From the IMG/VR virus record IMGVR_UViG_3300032295_004333, positions 1-58,677 of that record: a stretch of DNA of 58,677 nucleotides; one strand, given 5' to 3'. The notes below the pieces were generated by a model. That model was given only the letters and a program-made list of their open reading frames with translations, searched no databases and was not told where the DNA came from. This document shows, piece after piece, positions 28,167 to 38,322 of the stretch. The translations under genes were made by a program, and so were the position numbers. Positions within the stretch are counted from its first letter, which is position 1, and each line of letters opens with the position of its first letter. Source of the stretch: a virus (taxonomy: Duplodnaviria > Caudoviricetes).

Positions 28167-28763
28167 TTAACGTTCCGTGTTGAAGAAAAATACTTGAAAC
28201 AATCTACCGTCATTCATGTCTCTTCCAAAATAGTCTAAAGAAACATGATAATTGTCTGCACGGTACATAATTAAACGATTAAATACGTTACCAATTCTGT
28301 CCACGATTTCCCATTTGGTATAATCTCTACAATCATAACCTGGAGGTGCGGCTTCGTTGTAACCTGGTTCGTTTTCTCTTTTATAGTCGTAGTGCATCCA
28401 ACCTGTTTCTTTGTGACGGAAAATTCCCGTACCTGAACTAAGTGGTGCGTTAGGGGTCAAATAACAAACCGCAGCCCAATCAGTGGTTGAATCTGCATGA
28501 ATCCAAGACCTATCCTCAGCAACGGTATATTGAAATGAACCTGTATAATTGTTTTCAGGGTCATCACTACCCCAATATGTGATTTCACCTGCAAATGGGT
28601 AAAGAATGTCCCTCAATCTCTTTTTTAGTGGGTCATTTAGAAATGACCTAGTTCTTTGACCAGGGTAATTACCTCTAACCTTGAATTCCTGTTTAAGAGC
28701 AAATTCTCTAACCTCCATTGGGTTAGCGTAAAAGTCGTCTATTGTAAGTGAATTGAATCTCAT
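28167..28763 (-). CDS. 2OG-Fe(II) oxygenase-like protein (DUF6445-like)
   Basis: IDDFYANP..VR, YPGQR, IHAD, FNRLIMY...YH, RLFQVFF. Confidence 0.75.
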   Translation of the reverse strand: MRFNSLTIDDFYANPMEVREFALKQEFKVRGNYPGQRTRSFLNDPLKKRLRDILYPFAGEITYWGSDDPENNYTGSFQYTVAEDRSWIHADSTTDWAAVCYLTPNAPLSSGTGIFRHKETGWMHYDYKRENEPGYNEAAPPGYDCRDYTKWEIVDRIGNVFNRLIMYRADNYHVSLDYFGRDMNDGRLFQVFFFNTER

Positions 28764-28877
28764 AATTTATATCTTTAATAAAATTTAACCATAAATACAC
28801 AGAAAAAAAATGATAAAAGAAAAATTTTAGCCTGACTTTTATCATATTCTCTAATATTTCTTATATAAAAATTAGAT

Positions 28878-29177
28878 ATGGAAATTAAAGAAATTGTATC
28901 TTACTTCATGAGTAATGATAGTAACATTATCGAAGTTTCTTTTAGAACGATAGAAGATGACGAAGAAATGGTAAGAATTGACCAAATACACTATTCAATT
29001 GCAGAAGAATATGGGTTTGATTTAGTTACAGAATCATTTGACTTTTTTGACGATGATGAAGATGATATATACGTTGATGAAGACAAAGTTGAATTGGACG
29101 AAGACGAACTTATAACATTCCTAAATGAATATTATACAGTAAATCCTGACTCATTACCTCCAGCAGAGTTTTATTAA
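28878..29177 (+). CDS. acidic hypothetical protein
   Basis: 99-aa D/E-rich ORF. Confidence 0.6.
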   Translation: MEIKEIVSYFMSNDSNIIEVSFRTIEDDEEMVRIDQIHYSIAEEYGFDLVTESFDFFDDDEDDIYVDEDKVELDEDELITFLNEYYTVNPDSLPPAEFY

Positions 29178-29716
29178 GGTCCAACCCTATTCAAGGTAAG
29201 AATCACTCTATAATGAGGACCGTCTTTTCCGTAAGGTGCGAAGTCTAACCCCGATAGCTGTAAGGTTTCAAGTAAATCACTATCAACTTGGAAGGTAATT
29301 CTTGCATAGGAATTTCTATCCTTAGGTTTATAGTCAAACTGAATTTTACCTGTTGTGTAGGCATCAAAACTATATGGAACCCTCCAAAACATAATCTCAT
29401 ATGGGGACTCTCCGTATTCCCACCTATCTCTCTGACCGTTTTGAAATCTATTGTACCATACCATTCTTACTGTTGAATAGTCAAAGTGGATGTAGAAATT
29501 ATCAATTTTGATTGAATCGAAAGGGTCTGGTAGATATGGAGTCTTGAAAACCGAACCTGAAAGAAAGGTGGTGTCTTTTGTTATTGCTTGAGAGGTTTGA
29601 ATAACGGTGACTTTGGAAACTACGTATTTTCCACTCAGTGTAAGGTCACTGATTTCAGTCACATATTTTTCACAGGAAAGTAGAAACGGGAGAAGTAGGA
29701 GAATATATTTTTTCAT
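29174..29716 (-). CDS. lipoprotein
   Basis: MKK..LLSC lipobox; TACCTTTG promoter at 29722-29729. Confidence 0.7.
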   Translation of the reverse strand: MKKYILLLLPFLLSCEKYVTEISDLTLSGKYVVSKVTVIQTSQAITKDTTFLSGSVFKTPYLPDPFDSIKIDNFYIHFDYSTVRMVWYNRFQNGQRDRWEYGESPYEIMFWRVPYSFDAYTTGKIQFDYKPKDRNSYARITFQVDSDLLETLQLSGLDFAPYGKDGPHYRVILTLNRVGP

Positions 29717-29764
29717 AATCCCAAAGGTATGGATTTTTTTATAAATTCAAAAATATTTATTTAT

Positions 29765-30013
29765 ATGATTTTAGACGTAGATATTTTAATAACGCTATTC
29801 GAAAAGTATTCCCAAAATAAACAAGATGGAGAAATAGGTGAACAAGAGGCAGCAGCAGCACCGTCAGGAGGTTCAACAGGTGGAGGAAAAGCACCACCGA
29901 AATGGTCCGATGTTCACGGTGGTCCTAAAAGAGGTAAATCCAACATGTTAGGTAAAGGTGGAGAAAAATGGGAAACAGGCATGAACAGAGGCGTAGCAAA
30001 TCAAATTTGGTAA
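29765..30013 (+). CDS. small hypothetical (virion-like) protein
   Basis: Start reassigned to MILDV after TATTTAT; two KW..G..RG repeats. Confidence 0.55.
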   Translation: MILDVDILITLFEKYSQNKQDGEIGEQEAAAAPSGGSTGGGKAPPKWSDVHGGPKRGKSNMLGKGGEKWETGMNRGVANQIW

Positions 30014-30046
30014 TTTCAATATATTTATAACAAAAAACTAGATACT

Positions 30047-31303
30047 ATGGTACATCCAAAATACAGTCCAGAAGAAGCTCTACAAAGAATGAAGTTGATG
30101 ATGGAGTATGATTCTTCAAGAACATATACAGAAAACAAGGTTATTGTTGAAAATAAAAAGCCAATCAATGAAGTTGCATTCTTAGGGATTCCCGCTTTAG
30201 CATGGGCTTGGACAGGTGTTGCAGCGGCCTTAGGATTAACTGCTGGTGTTGCATCTGAGTGGACAAATGAGGATGCAAAAACTAAATTGCAAGAACTTTC
30301 TAAAGGTTGTGATAAGAATAACGCAGATGCTCAGAAGTTGAAAAGAGAAACTATGGATACCCAACAACAAACAAAACTTGCAGGGTTATTTAGAAAGTCT
30401 TTTGATTGGAGCTTTATGGGAATGGGTGTTGGTGGAGGTACAGACCTCGAAACTTTAAGAGGTGCGTTATCTGAATTAGAGAAAAATGGTAATTTCGGTG
30501 ATTTCTGTAAAATAAGAGAAATCATGGGTAAAGATAAGTTTGAAGCGGAACTTATAGATGAGTTGAATACTTCAGAATTAGGTGAAGTAATTAATATGAT
30601 TGAGGTTTTATTGGCAAAATCAGTAAAAGGTAATTTGAAAATTAGAGATGCTGAAACCGCAAATGAACAGTGGTGGTTGAATCAATTCCCATGTTTAGAG
30701 GTTACAGATTCTTTTGTAAATCCGCTTAGTGTTCAAAACGATAGATACGGTAACACATTCGTTGAAGTGGAATTTAAAGTTAAAGGACTTTTGAAAAAAT
30801 TCCATTTATTACAGAACGGAAGAATATACACAGCAGATACTCACAAATATACAGGTAAGAAGGTTCAGTGTTCAGGAACAAAAGTTTCTGTCGTTGGTGA
30901 AAGTATAAAAAAAAAATCAATCTTTGAACAAGCTGATTTAGGTAATATTGACTTATCAGCACAAGATGGGTTCGATTTAGGTGGAGGCGGAGGTTCAACA
31001 CCATCACCAAGTCCTGACCCAAGTCCTGACCCAAGTCCAAGACCAAGTTCGTCATATCAATCTTGTTCAGGTGTTTACAGAAAAGGTTGTAAATCTGACG
31101 TAATTGCTAAAGTACAAGGATGTTTGGGTGGATTAGCTCAAGATGGTAAATTTGGTCCAAAAACAGAAGCTAGATTAAATGAAAAACATTCAGAACTAGG
31201 TGGTATATTCAGAGACTCTGAAGTTGATAAAATATGTGCAGGTGGTTCAGAACAAATGGACCCAAGTCTTAAACCTGAACCTGGAAGTATTGATGAATTA
31301 TAA
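30047..31303 (+). CDS. putative virion protein with a TM segment and C-terminal peptidoglycan-binding domain
   Basis: Hydrophobic segment; PSPD linker; GCKSD....VQ.CL....DGKFGPKT. Confidence 0.65.
   Translation: MVHPKYSPEEALQRMKLMMEYDSSRTYTENKVIVENKKPINEVAFLGIPALAWAWTGVAAALGLTAGVASEWTNEDAKTKLQELSKGCDKNNADAQKLKRETMDTQQQTKLAGLFRKSFDWSFMGMGVGGGTDLETLRGALSELEKNGNFGDFCKIREIMGKDKFEAELIDELNTSELGEVINMIEVLLAKSVKGNLKIRDAETANEQWWLNQFPCLEVTDSFVNPLSVQNDRYGNTFVEVEFKVKGLLKKFHLLQNGRIYTADTHKYTGKKVQCSGTKVSVVGESIKKKSIFEQADLGNIDLSAQDGFDLGGGGGSTPSPSPDPSPDPSPRPSSSYQSCSGVYRKGCKSDVIAKVQGCLGGLAQDGKFGPKTEARLNEKHSELGGIFRDSEVDKICAGGSEQMDPSLKPEPGSIDEL
31001..31048 (+). repeat. coding tandem repeat (Pro-Ser-Pro-Asp linker)
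   Basis: CCAAGTCCTGAC twice plus degenerate copies. Confidence 0.7.
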
Positions 31304-31315
31304 AAAAACATACTA

Positions 31316-32347
31316 ATGAAAAATTTTTTAGTTGAAGAAAAAGAAAGAATTGAAATTCTCAAAAGACATAAGTTGTTAGTTGAACAAACTAAAAACAACA
31401 GTCAGGAAATAATCAGGGCAGGGTTTACGGCTGGTTGTTTTGGACAAAAAGGAAATGACCGTTATTGGGGAATAATTGAGTCTCCTAAAGGTAGTGGAAA
31501 TTATGTATTCCAAAAGTCAACTAACGACGCAACAATGAAGAGCCAAGGTTATGTTGTGGTTAGAATTAAACCTGATAACACATTTTATTATGTGAAACCT
31601 GGACAAAATGGTCTACCTTCTGAATATACACAACCAAGGGCTCTTTTAAATCCATGTCCCGCTATGGCTAACTTCGGTAAGAAAACTGAAGACCAAGTTA
31701 ATAATGAATATTTAATAGCCCAATACAAAAAAGATAAGTGGGCAACACCAGAAGAGTTGAGAACTCAAGGCGTTGATATCAGAGAACTCTCTAACAATAC
31801 AATTTGGCAATCAGTAACTGTAGGTAATGTGAAACTTTACAAAAAAGTGGGAACTGCTACAGGTACAATGGACGACAAAGAAGAAGTCAGAAGACAATGG
31901 GTTGAAAAACTTAGAAAAGATGGATACATAGTTAATCCTACTGATACTGAGAAAGACAATTACCAATACGTAGAATTAAGTAAGATAAATTACTCAGGTT
32001 TACCTTCTGGATTGTTCCCAACTAGTCAATTAGTTTATCTTGACCCATCTAAGACAGACCCTACAATCCTCCAAGACAAACAGGAAAATGAGAGTATGGA
32101 TAGAAAGGGATGTAAAGAAACCATCGAACGTTTTTATAACGAATTCAACAGAACAAAAGGAAGACAAATCACCAATAGAGGATTAATTCAACGTATGAAG
32201 GACCAAGCTCAATTCTGTAAAAATGAATTTGAGGGTAAATGGGGAATTGGTGGAGGAAAATTCGATGAAATGATAAAAGTATTATCAGGTCGTACAAACA
32301 GAGGTCCATCAAGTTCAGGAGATGATTCAATGTTCAGACTTCAATAA
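31316..32347 (+). CDS. hypothetical (putative virion) protein
   Basis: 343 aa, co-directional with 30047 and 32353; N-terminal ER.EIL..H..L.EQ motif. Confidence 0.65.
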   Translation: MKNFLVEEKERIEILKRHKLLVEQTKNNSQEIIRAGFTAGCFGQKGNDRYWGIIESPKGSGNYVFQKSTNDATMKSQGYVVVRIKPDNTFYYVKPGQNGLPSEYTQPRALLNPCPAMANFGKKTEDQVNNEYLIAQYKKDKWATPEELRTQGVDIRELSNNTIWQSVTVGNVKLYKKVGTATGTMDDKEEVRRQWVEKLRKDGYIVNPTDTEKDNYQYVELSKINYSGLPSGLFPTSQLVYLDPSKTDPTILQDKQENESMDRKGCKETIERFYNEFNRTKGRQITNRGLIQRMKDQAQFCKNEFEGKWGIGGGKFDEMIKVLSGRTNRGPSSSGDDSMFRLQ

Positions 32348-32352
32348 TTTTT

Positions 32353-33033
32353 ATGTTGAAAAAAGAAATAAGAAATAGACTTTTGGAACAAAAAGTAAAA
32401 AAAGAATCTCAACTTATCGAAAGTAAAATTGTTGAGAGTAGGCTTTCTATTATTATAAGTTCAAAAGAAAGTTTCGATTCTCTTTCAGAAGAAAAAAAAG
32501 CGAAAGTAGTCTTTGAGTTTTTTTCTGAGATGAGAGTACTACAGGAGCAAGGTTTAATCTCAGAACAATTTGGTGAAATTTTAGGAAAACTTTTTGGACA
32601 AGCACCAAGTGGTATTACCCAAGCATTCGTTGAACCCTTAGTAAGTTCAATTTTAGGATGGTTCGGATTAAGTGGATATTTCCTTCAATTTGTTACTTCA
32701 TTTATAGTTTCTGACCCAGCGAGATTAGCTCGAGCAACAAAAGATTGTAAGGAACTTACAAAGTTAATTGCGGAAGCATTATCAGAAGCAATGGTAATCA
32801 TGATTCAACAATCACAAGGATTGGAAGGAAAAGGACATTCAATTTTACGTAACACCCTTGGAGGTGCAATCAAAGAAACCACTTTTGTTCAAAGTTTGGA
32901 AGAAAAACTTTCTGAAGGTGTGTGTGGATTATTCGACAAATACAGCAGTAATGCTGAAAATGTTTTAGATAAAATTAAAGGAACTGGTAGTGATATATTG
33001 GGTAAAGGTAAAGAGCTGGTAGGTGCTAAATAA
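32353..33033 (+). CDS. hypothetical helical/membrane-associated protein
   Basis: 226 aa; LLE/LIE/ISE motifs followed by hydrophobic helices. Confidence 0.65.
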   Translation: MLKKEIRNRLLEQKVKKESQLIESKIVESRLSIIISSKESFDSLSEEKKAKVVFEFFSEMRVLQEQGLISEQFGEILGKLFGQAPSGITQAFVEPLVSSILGWFGLSGYFLQFVTSFIVSDPARLARATKDCKELTKLIAEALSEAMVIMIQQSQGLEGKGHSILRNTLGGAIKETTFVQSLEEKLSEGVCGLFDKYSSNAENVLDKIKGTGSDILGKGKELVGAK

Positions 33034-33092
33034 AACCTACATAAATCTAAAGAGCAAAAGGGGGTGTTCTAAGGTCTAAAAAAAAGAAGGGT

Positions 33093-33770
33093 TTAACCCT
33101 TCTTTTTTGTTTTAACAATATTATCAATAATCCCGTATTCTAATGCCTGTTCAGAATCCAACCACAAATCTCTTGATGCGTCTTTTTTAACCTGTTCAGG
33201 GTCTTTATCACAGTATTCACCCAAAAGTGTGAATAAAATATCATTCAATTTGTGCCACTCCTTCATGCTGATTTCGGCGTCTTGAATGTTACCTCCGAAA
33301 CCACCTGAAGACTGGTGTAACATTGTTCTTGAGAACTTTAATGAACTTCTTTTACCTTTGGTACCTGCACCTAACAGGATTGAACCCATAGATGCGGCCA
33401 TTCCTGTATTAACGGTAATGATATCACACGAAATATAATTCATAACATCAACCATGGATAAACCTGATTTAACAGAACCTCCCGGAGAATCGATGTGCAT
33501 GGTTATATCTGTTTTTTCACTGTTGTCTAAAAACATTAACTGTGCTTGTACTATTGTAGACATTCTATCATCAACACCACCTGCAACCCATATAATTCTA
33601 TCTCTCATCAATCTTGAGAAAATATCAATTTGAGTTGCTCTCATCTCTCTTTCCTCCAAAATATAAGGAGTCATAGACGATTGGATTTGTTGTCCGAAAT
33701 AATGAAGGTCCAAGGAACCTTTACCTAAATGTTTTGTGTAATAAGATGAAAACTCTTTTCCGATATCCAT
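33093..33770 (-). CDS. clpP: ATP-dependent Clp protease proteolytic subunit
   Basis: DIFSRLMRDRII, IDSPGG, GMAASMG (catalytic Ser), MLHQ, RDLWL, YGIID. Confidence 0.95.
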   Translation of the reverse strand: MDIGKEFSSYYTKHLGKGSLDLHYFGQQIQSSMTPYILEEREMRATQIDIFSRLMRDRIIWVAGGVDDRMSTIVQAQLMFLDNSEKTDITMHIDSPGGSVKSGLSMVDVMNYISCDIITVNTGMAASMGSILLGAGTKGKRSSLKFSRTMLHQSSGGFGGNIQDAEISMKEWHKLNDILFTLLGEYCDKDPEQVKKDASRDLWLDSEQALEYGIIDNIVKTKKKG

Positions 33771-33806
33771 ATAAATTTGATTTGTAACAAAAGTAAAAAA
33801 AAAATG

Positions 33807-34457
33807 TTACAAACCCAAAATATCATTCACAATTTCTTCCGATGAAAGATATTTCCATAATCTTGGATGTTGATAAGACCATATTGTTTTCCAATAACCA
33901 AACCAAAGAAGTCCTTCTTTTCTAGGGTCGATTGTTTTCCAATCCGTGCAACTTTTTGGAAATCTACCTATTCTATAGGTCTTGTATGGTGTTATATCTC
34001 TTGTTTGATATCTTGTATCCGACTCCATATCGATATCTTCAAATTTTGAAAAAATTTGAATTTTACAATAATTTTTCCTTTGATATTCTTTGATTTTGGA
34101 TAACCAAAATTTCGCTTCATCGTAGCTATCAGTTTCTAAAATAAACCTTACCACTTGGTCATAATCATTATATCTGTGGCTGAATATCAATTTTAGTCCA
34201 TACAATGGGTCAAACTTGTATATTTTGATTTCAAAATCCATGTAGAATTCTACAGGTACTCTAAATTCTTTGTAAGGCCAATTACAGTTTGTAGTTACGT
34301 GAAAACTTTCTAAAGTGACTGGTTGATGGTCAACACCCCTGTATTCAACACACTCAACAAAATAAGTTAAATCAGGACCACCTATCTTTACTGTGATACC
34401 ATTATTGAAATCTAAAAGTATTTTCTCATTTCCTACTTGTAAAAACATAATCTCCAA
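33807..34457 (-). CDS. hypothetical protein
   Basis: ~216-aa ORF downstream of the carbamoyltransferases; start uncertain. Confidence 0.55.
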   Translation of the reverse strand: MEIMFLQVGNEKILLDFNNGITVKIGGPDLTYFVECVEYRGVDHQPVTLESFHVTTNCNWPYKEFRVPVEFYMDFEIKIYKFDPLYGLKLIFSHRYNDYDQVVRFILETDSYDEAKFWLSKIKEYQRKNYCKIQIFSKFEDIDMESDTRYQTRDITPYKTYRIGRFPKSCTDWKTIDPRKEGLLWFGYWKTIWSYQHPRLWKYLSSEEIVNDILGL

Positions 34458-36021
34458 TTATAAGTTTGTCCAAAGTACCGTCCATAAGTTTGGGGAAAGC
34501 GTGGTCGGGTTTATCTATGATAGGTTCATTGTGTGTGTTAAATGATGTATTCAATAAAACAGGTACACCTGAAATTTTGTAATACTCATTAAGAATCTCC
34601 CAAAACATGGGATTATTTTCTTTTTTCACTAATTGAGGTCTTGCGGTTTTATCGGATTTTTGAATTACTGCAGGGATTCTTTCAATCCACTCATCTTTTG
34701 TTTGGAAACACAACGTCATGAATTCTGCGGTATATTTTGATTTGTTTTCGACAAAAATATTATCAAAATGTTCTTCCATAACTATAGGTGCAAACGGCAT
34801 GGAGTCGTGTCTTTTGAGACGACTATTTAATTTCTCATGTGTTCCTATATCCGTGGGTCTAACTAAAATACTTCTAGCCCCAAGAGCCCTCGGACCATAT
34901 TCAAAACCATGTTGAAACCAACCGATTATTTCTCCGTCGTCAAGTAGTTCAGCGATTTTTGTAGGATTATACGTCTCATATTGAACGTTATATCTTTCAG
35001 AAGCGTCAATTATTTGTCGGTTAGAATATTTTTTACCAAAAAACATATTTTTCAATTTAATAGGTTTTGTTATTTCACCTAATTCGTGTGCTTTAATTAT
35101 ACAAGCACCCAAACTCAAACCCTCATCACCCATAGCAGGAAAAACATACATTTCCTCAACCCAAGGTAATTGGTTAATTTTTTGGTTCAATTTTACATTC
35201 GCAAATAATCCCCCTGAAAGACAAAGTTTTGTATATTCAGGAAATTTTTTATTTAAATCGTTAAAAAACTTTAACATCAAATCTTCAGTAAGTTTTTGAA
35301 GATTATATGAAAATTTTTCGATGTTTTTGTGGTCTTCAAACCAACCGAGTCTATGCATTGTTTCTACCACGAATCTGGTTTTGTTTCCTGTGTCGTTTGG
35401 AAAAAAACGTAAATCTTTATAGTCAATAAGAGAGTTTAAAATTCTGTAGTAAGTTTCATCATATTCTCCATCAGGAGCCATTCCCATGAGTTTTCCTTCG
35501 TCTTTACACATTTTCCATATACTCTCACCGTCTTCATCGTAACCCTTGATTGTGCTAACTGAAAAAGCCCACAGGTGACCTAAACTTCCTGTTGAACACA
35601 TGTCGTAAGAATGTGCTAAGGTCATCTTTCCATCTTCACACAAATAAATTTTCATAACAGATTTATCTCCACCCCCATCGTATGAAATACTTAAAGCTTT
35701 TCCTTCCATTCCACTTGTGAAGTATGCACCATAACAGTGAGCATCGTGGTGACTTACCCTATCGTAATTGAAATTTGTTAATTTATTTGCGAAAGTTTCA
35801 GTTACTGGCTCAACAAATACTCTATGGTCCGCATCGGTAATAGAAACTCCTGTGATTTTCTCAACCTCTACCGAACTCATAATTGCTACGGAATCAAAAT
35901 TATCACCAGCTTTTTTTCTAGTGAGTCTTTCTTCTTCAATACAACAGATTATTTCACCGTCTTTGATAAACGAAGTGGATGGACTATGAGAACCTCCAAA
36001 AAAACCATATATTGTGCTCAT
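34426..36021 (-). CDS. O-carbamoyltransferase (CmcH/NodU/TobZ family)
   Basis: EEERLTRKK, HHDAH, DGGGD, EGKLMGMA, GGLFANVKLN, EYGPRALGARS, LLNTSFN. Confidence 0.92.
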   Translation of the reverse strand: MSTIYGFFGGSHSPSTSFIKDGEIICCIEEERLTRKKAGDNFDSVAIMSSVEVEKITGVSITDADHRVFVEPVTETFANKLTNFNYDRVSHHDAHCYGAYFTSGMEGKALSISYDGGGDKSVMKIYLCEDGKMTLAHSYDMCSTGSLGHLWAFSVSTIKGYDEDGESIWKMCKDEGKLMGMAPDGEYDETYYRILNSLIDYKDLRFFPNDTGNKTRFVVETMHRLGWFEDHKNIEKFSYNLQKLTEDLMLKFFNDLNKKFPEYTKLCLSGGLFANVKLNQKINQLPWVEEMYVFPAMGDEGLSLGACIIKAHELGEITKPIKLKNMFFGKKYSNRQIIDASERYNVQYETYNPTKIAELLDDGEIIGWFQHGFEYGPRALGARSILVRPTDIGTHEKLNSRLKRHDSMPFAPIVMEEHFDNIFVENKSKYTAEFMTLCFQTKDEWIERIPAVIQKSDKTARPQLVKKENNPMFWEILNEYYKISGVPVLLNTSFNTHNEPIIDKPDHAFPKLMDGTLDKLIIGDYVFTSRK

Positions 36022-36026
36022 TTATT

Positions 36027-37697
36027 TTATCTCTTAATAAGAATGTTTCCTAAAACAAGAAAGTCCAATTTACAACTGAGCATAGATTTAATTGCGTCTA
36101 AAGGAGACTCAACTATTGGTTCGTGGGGACCATTGAAACTTGTATTCAGAAGTACTGGTATACCTGTCTTGTCGTAGAATGCGTTTAAAAGTTTATGAAA
36201 TCTTGGATTACTTTCGGCAGTAACCGATTGGTGTCTTGCTGAATTATCTATGTGAGTCACTGCAGGAATCTTATTTCTCCATTCTTCTTTGACTGATGTT
36301 GTTACTAACATATAAGGAGAAAAAACATCTGACTCGAAAACCTCTGATTGGTGTTCGAATAAAACTGCGGGTGCAAATGGTCTATACCATTCCCTTTTCT
36401 TGATATCGGAATTTATATAACCAGTCATCCACTTTTGGATTGGAGATGCTAATATAGAACGATTACCTAAAGCTCTTGGACCAATCTCTGAACCGTTTTG
36501 AAACCACCCAATAACTCTATTTTGTTTCAGTAAATGAGAAACTTCTTCAATTAAATCATCAAAATTTTCATATTTTTCGAACTCAAGGTAAGGGTATTCA
36601 TTCATAGATTTTACAATCTCGGCATCTGAATATACTTTCCCTAAATAAGGGGACAATTGTTTAACTTTTTTGATAGGACTTACCAACTGATAACCATACC
36701 AAGCACATCCCAAAGGAATACCCGAATCATCAGATGGAGGTAGAAAAAAACAATTTTCATATAAACCTGAATTCAAAATTCTTTCATTAGAATTACAGTT
36801 GAGGAATGAACCACCAGCGACACAAATGTTTTTTGACTCCGAATTTTCCTTTCCTTTTTCTGCCAACATTAAAGAAACTCTTTCTTGTTCTCTTTGATAA
36901 ATTCCCGCAACACAGGCCCTCGAAAAGAAATCTGAATCAAAAGTCACCCTTGGATAAATTCTGTTATTAGGGATAAAAATGTCTTTATTCTCAGTCCAAA
37001 CAATGAATTCGGGTGCTTCATCAACAATTGATTTGTCTGCATACGATGCTAATCCCATTAGTTTTCCTGCGGGCCAAGTGTGATGCTGTGGTTCATAAAT
37101 AAGTTGTAATGAACCTTCCGAGTACATTGTACCAACTGAAACATCATCTCCAGTATTAATTGGGACAGGATATTTTATCCATTTTTTATAAACTTCTTTG
37201 TGGTCTGTTTTGGAAAACTCATATATTGAAATTCCTTCAGTCCAAGTCTCATTTGGTTCTAAACCCTCTCTTGTAACATCAGGATACCACTCAGACAAAC
37301 GATTACGGTCATCCAAAATACTTCCTGACGCGTCTGCAACAACCACTACCGCATCATCAAAACCTGAGCTAAAAAATGTGGAATAAGCATGTGCTAAGTG
37401 ATGAGGTAAGAATTCATGTTTTTCTGAAATATCATACTTCATCTCTATTTTGAATTTTATCAAAACGTCGTCAATTTCTTCGGTTGTACTATACACCCAA
37501 AGGTCAATATCTTTGAAGGACAAAGACATGCTGTCCAAACAATATTTGATTGATTCGACAGGTATAAGACCTCCTGTATGTGCACCATCGTGTTTAACTC
37601 TTGAAAGTCTTTCTTGAGTTATTCCGATTAGTATTTTACCGTTTTCAATAATAACAGCTCCCTTGTCGTGACCGACAGAAAAACCTAATACTCTCAT
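36027..37697 (-). CDS. O-carbamoyltransferase (CmcH/NodU/TobZ family)
   Basis: HD, QERLSRVKH, HHLAH, GKLMGLA, GG..LNC..N, DDSG, EIGPRALGNRS, REWYRPFAP, LLNTSFN. Confidence 0.93.
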   Translation of the reverse strand: MRVLGFSVGHDKGAVIIENGKILIGITQERLSRVKHDGAHTGGLIPVESIKYCLDSMSLSFKDIDLWVYSTTEEIDDVLIKFKIEMKYDISEKHEFLPHHLAHAYSTFFSSGFDDAVVVVADASGSILDDRNRLSEWYPDVTREGLEPNETWTEGISIYEFSKTDHKEVYKKWIKYPVPINTGDDVSVGTMYSEGSLQLIYEPQHHTWPAGKLMGLASYADKSIVDEAPEFIVWTENKDIFIPNNRIYPRVTFDSDFFSRACVAGIYQREQERVSLMLAEKGKENSESKNICVAGGSFLNCNSNERILNSGLYENCFFLPPSDDSGIPLGCAWYGYQLVSPIKKVKQLSPYLGKVYSDAEIVKSMNEYPYLEFEKYENFDDLIEEVSHLLKQNRVIGWFQNGSEIGPRALGNRSILASPIQKWMTGYINSDIKKREWYRPFAPAVLFEHQSEVFESDVFSPYMLVTTSVKEEWRNKIPAVTHIDNSARHQSVTAESNPRFHKLLNAFYDKTGIPVLLNTSFNGPHEPIVESPLDAIKSMLSCKLDFLVLGNILIKR

Positions 37698-37702
37698 GTA
37701 AA

Positions 37703-37987
37703 TTAGTTTTCTTCAGACGGAATCTCAGTGTTGGACATTCTTACGGCAGTACCTTCTACTAAGTCATCTTCGCATTTATAGATGTGAACTTGGTCTTCGT
37801 GTTTGAAGACAATAACTTTGTTTGTATCGGAAGATAGTTCGATACCTCCTTGGAGGTCAACCACAATTCCTTGACTATCTTCTAAAATTAAGCTAAGTGC
37901 TCTTGCGAAGATTAACGATGCATTTAACAAATCTTGTGGATTCTCACTATTTGTTTGTTCGTTTAAATTTAATTGATTTTCTTGCAT
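37703..37987 (-). CDS. hypothetical protein
   Basis: 94-aa ORF within the operon. Confidence 0.6.
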   Translation of the reverse strand: MQENQLNLNEQTNSENPQDLLNASLIFARALSLILEDSQGIVVDLQGGIELSSDTNKVIVFKHEDQVHIYKCEDDLVEGTAVRMSNTEIPSEEN

Positions 37988-37990
37988 TTT

Positions 37991-38305
37991 TTATTCAGTT
38001 TCATTTGAAATTATGTCTCCTAATTGAGACGCGGCTTTTGGATTTCTTTTTAGAAAAATTTGGTAAGCAATTTGAAATCTATTGAGTTCAATTTGGCAGG
38101 GATAATTTTCATCATACAAAGAATCTGCAACATGTTGCAGAGAGTCTATAGTTTGGGATTTAGAAATGTCTCCACCACCTATAAATTCAATTTGAGTTTT
38201 TTCACTCAATTTCTTGTATTTGTCGAGCGTTATTAGTGACCAAATCAGTGATAAACTCACAATCACAAACGCAATTCTTAAAGATTTTTCGAAATTCATT
38301 TTCAT
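37991..38305 (-). CDS. membrane-anchored hypothetical protein
   Basis: N-terminal TM; start reassigned to MKMNF. Confidence 0.55.
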   Translation of the reverse strand: MKMNFEKSLRIAFVIVSLSLIWSLITLDKYKKLSEKTQIEFIGGGDISKSQTIDSLQHVADSLYDENYPCQIELNRFQIAYQIFLKRNPKAASQLGDIISNETE

Positions 38306-38322
38306 AATAATAGAGTTTTTTA

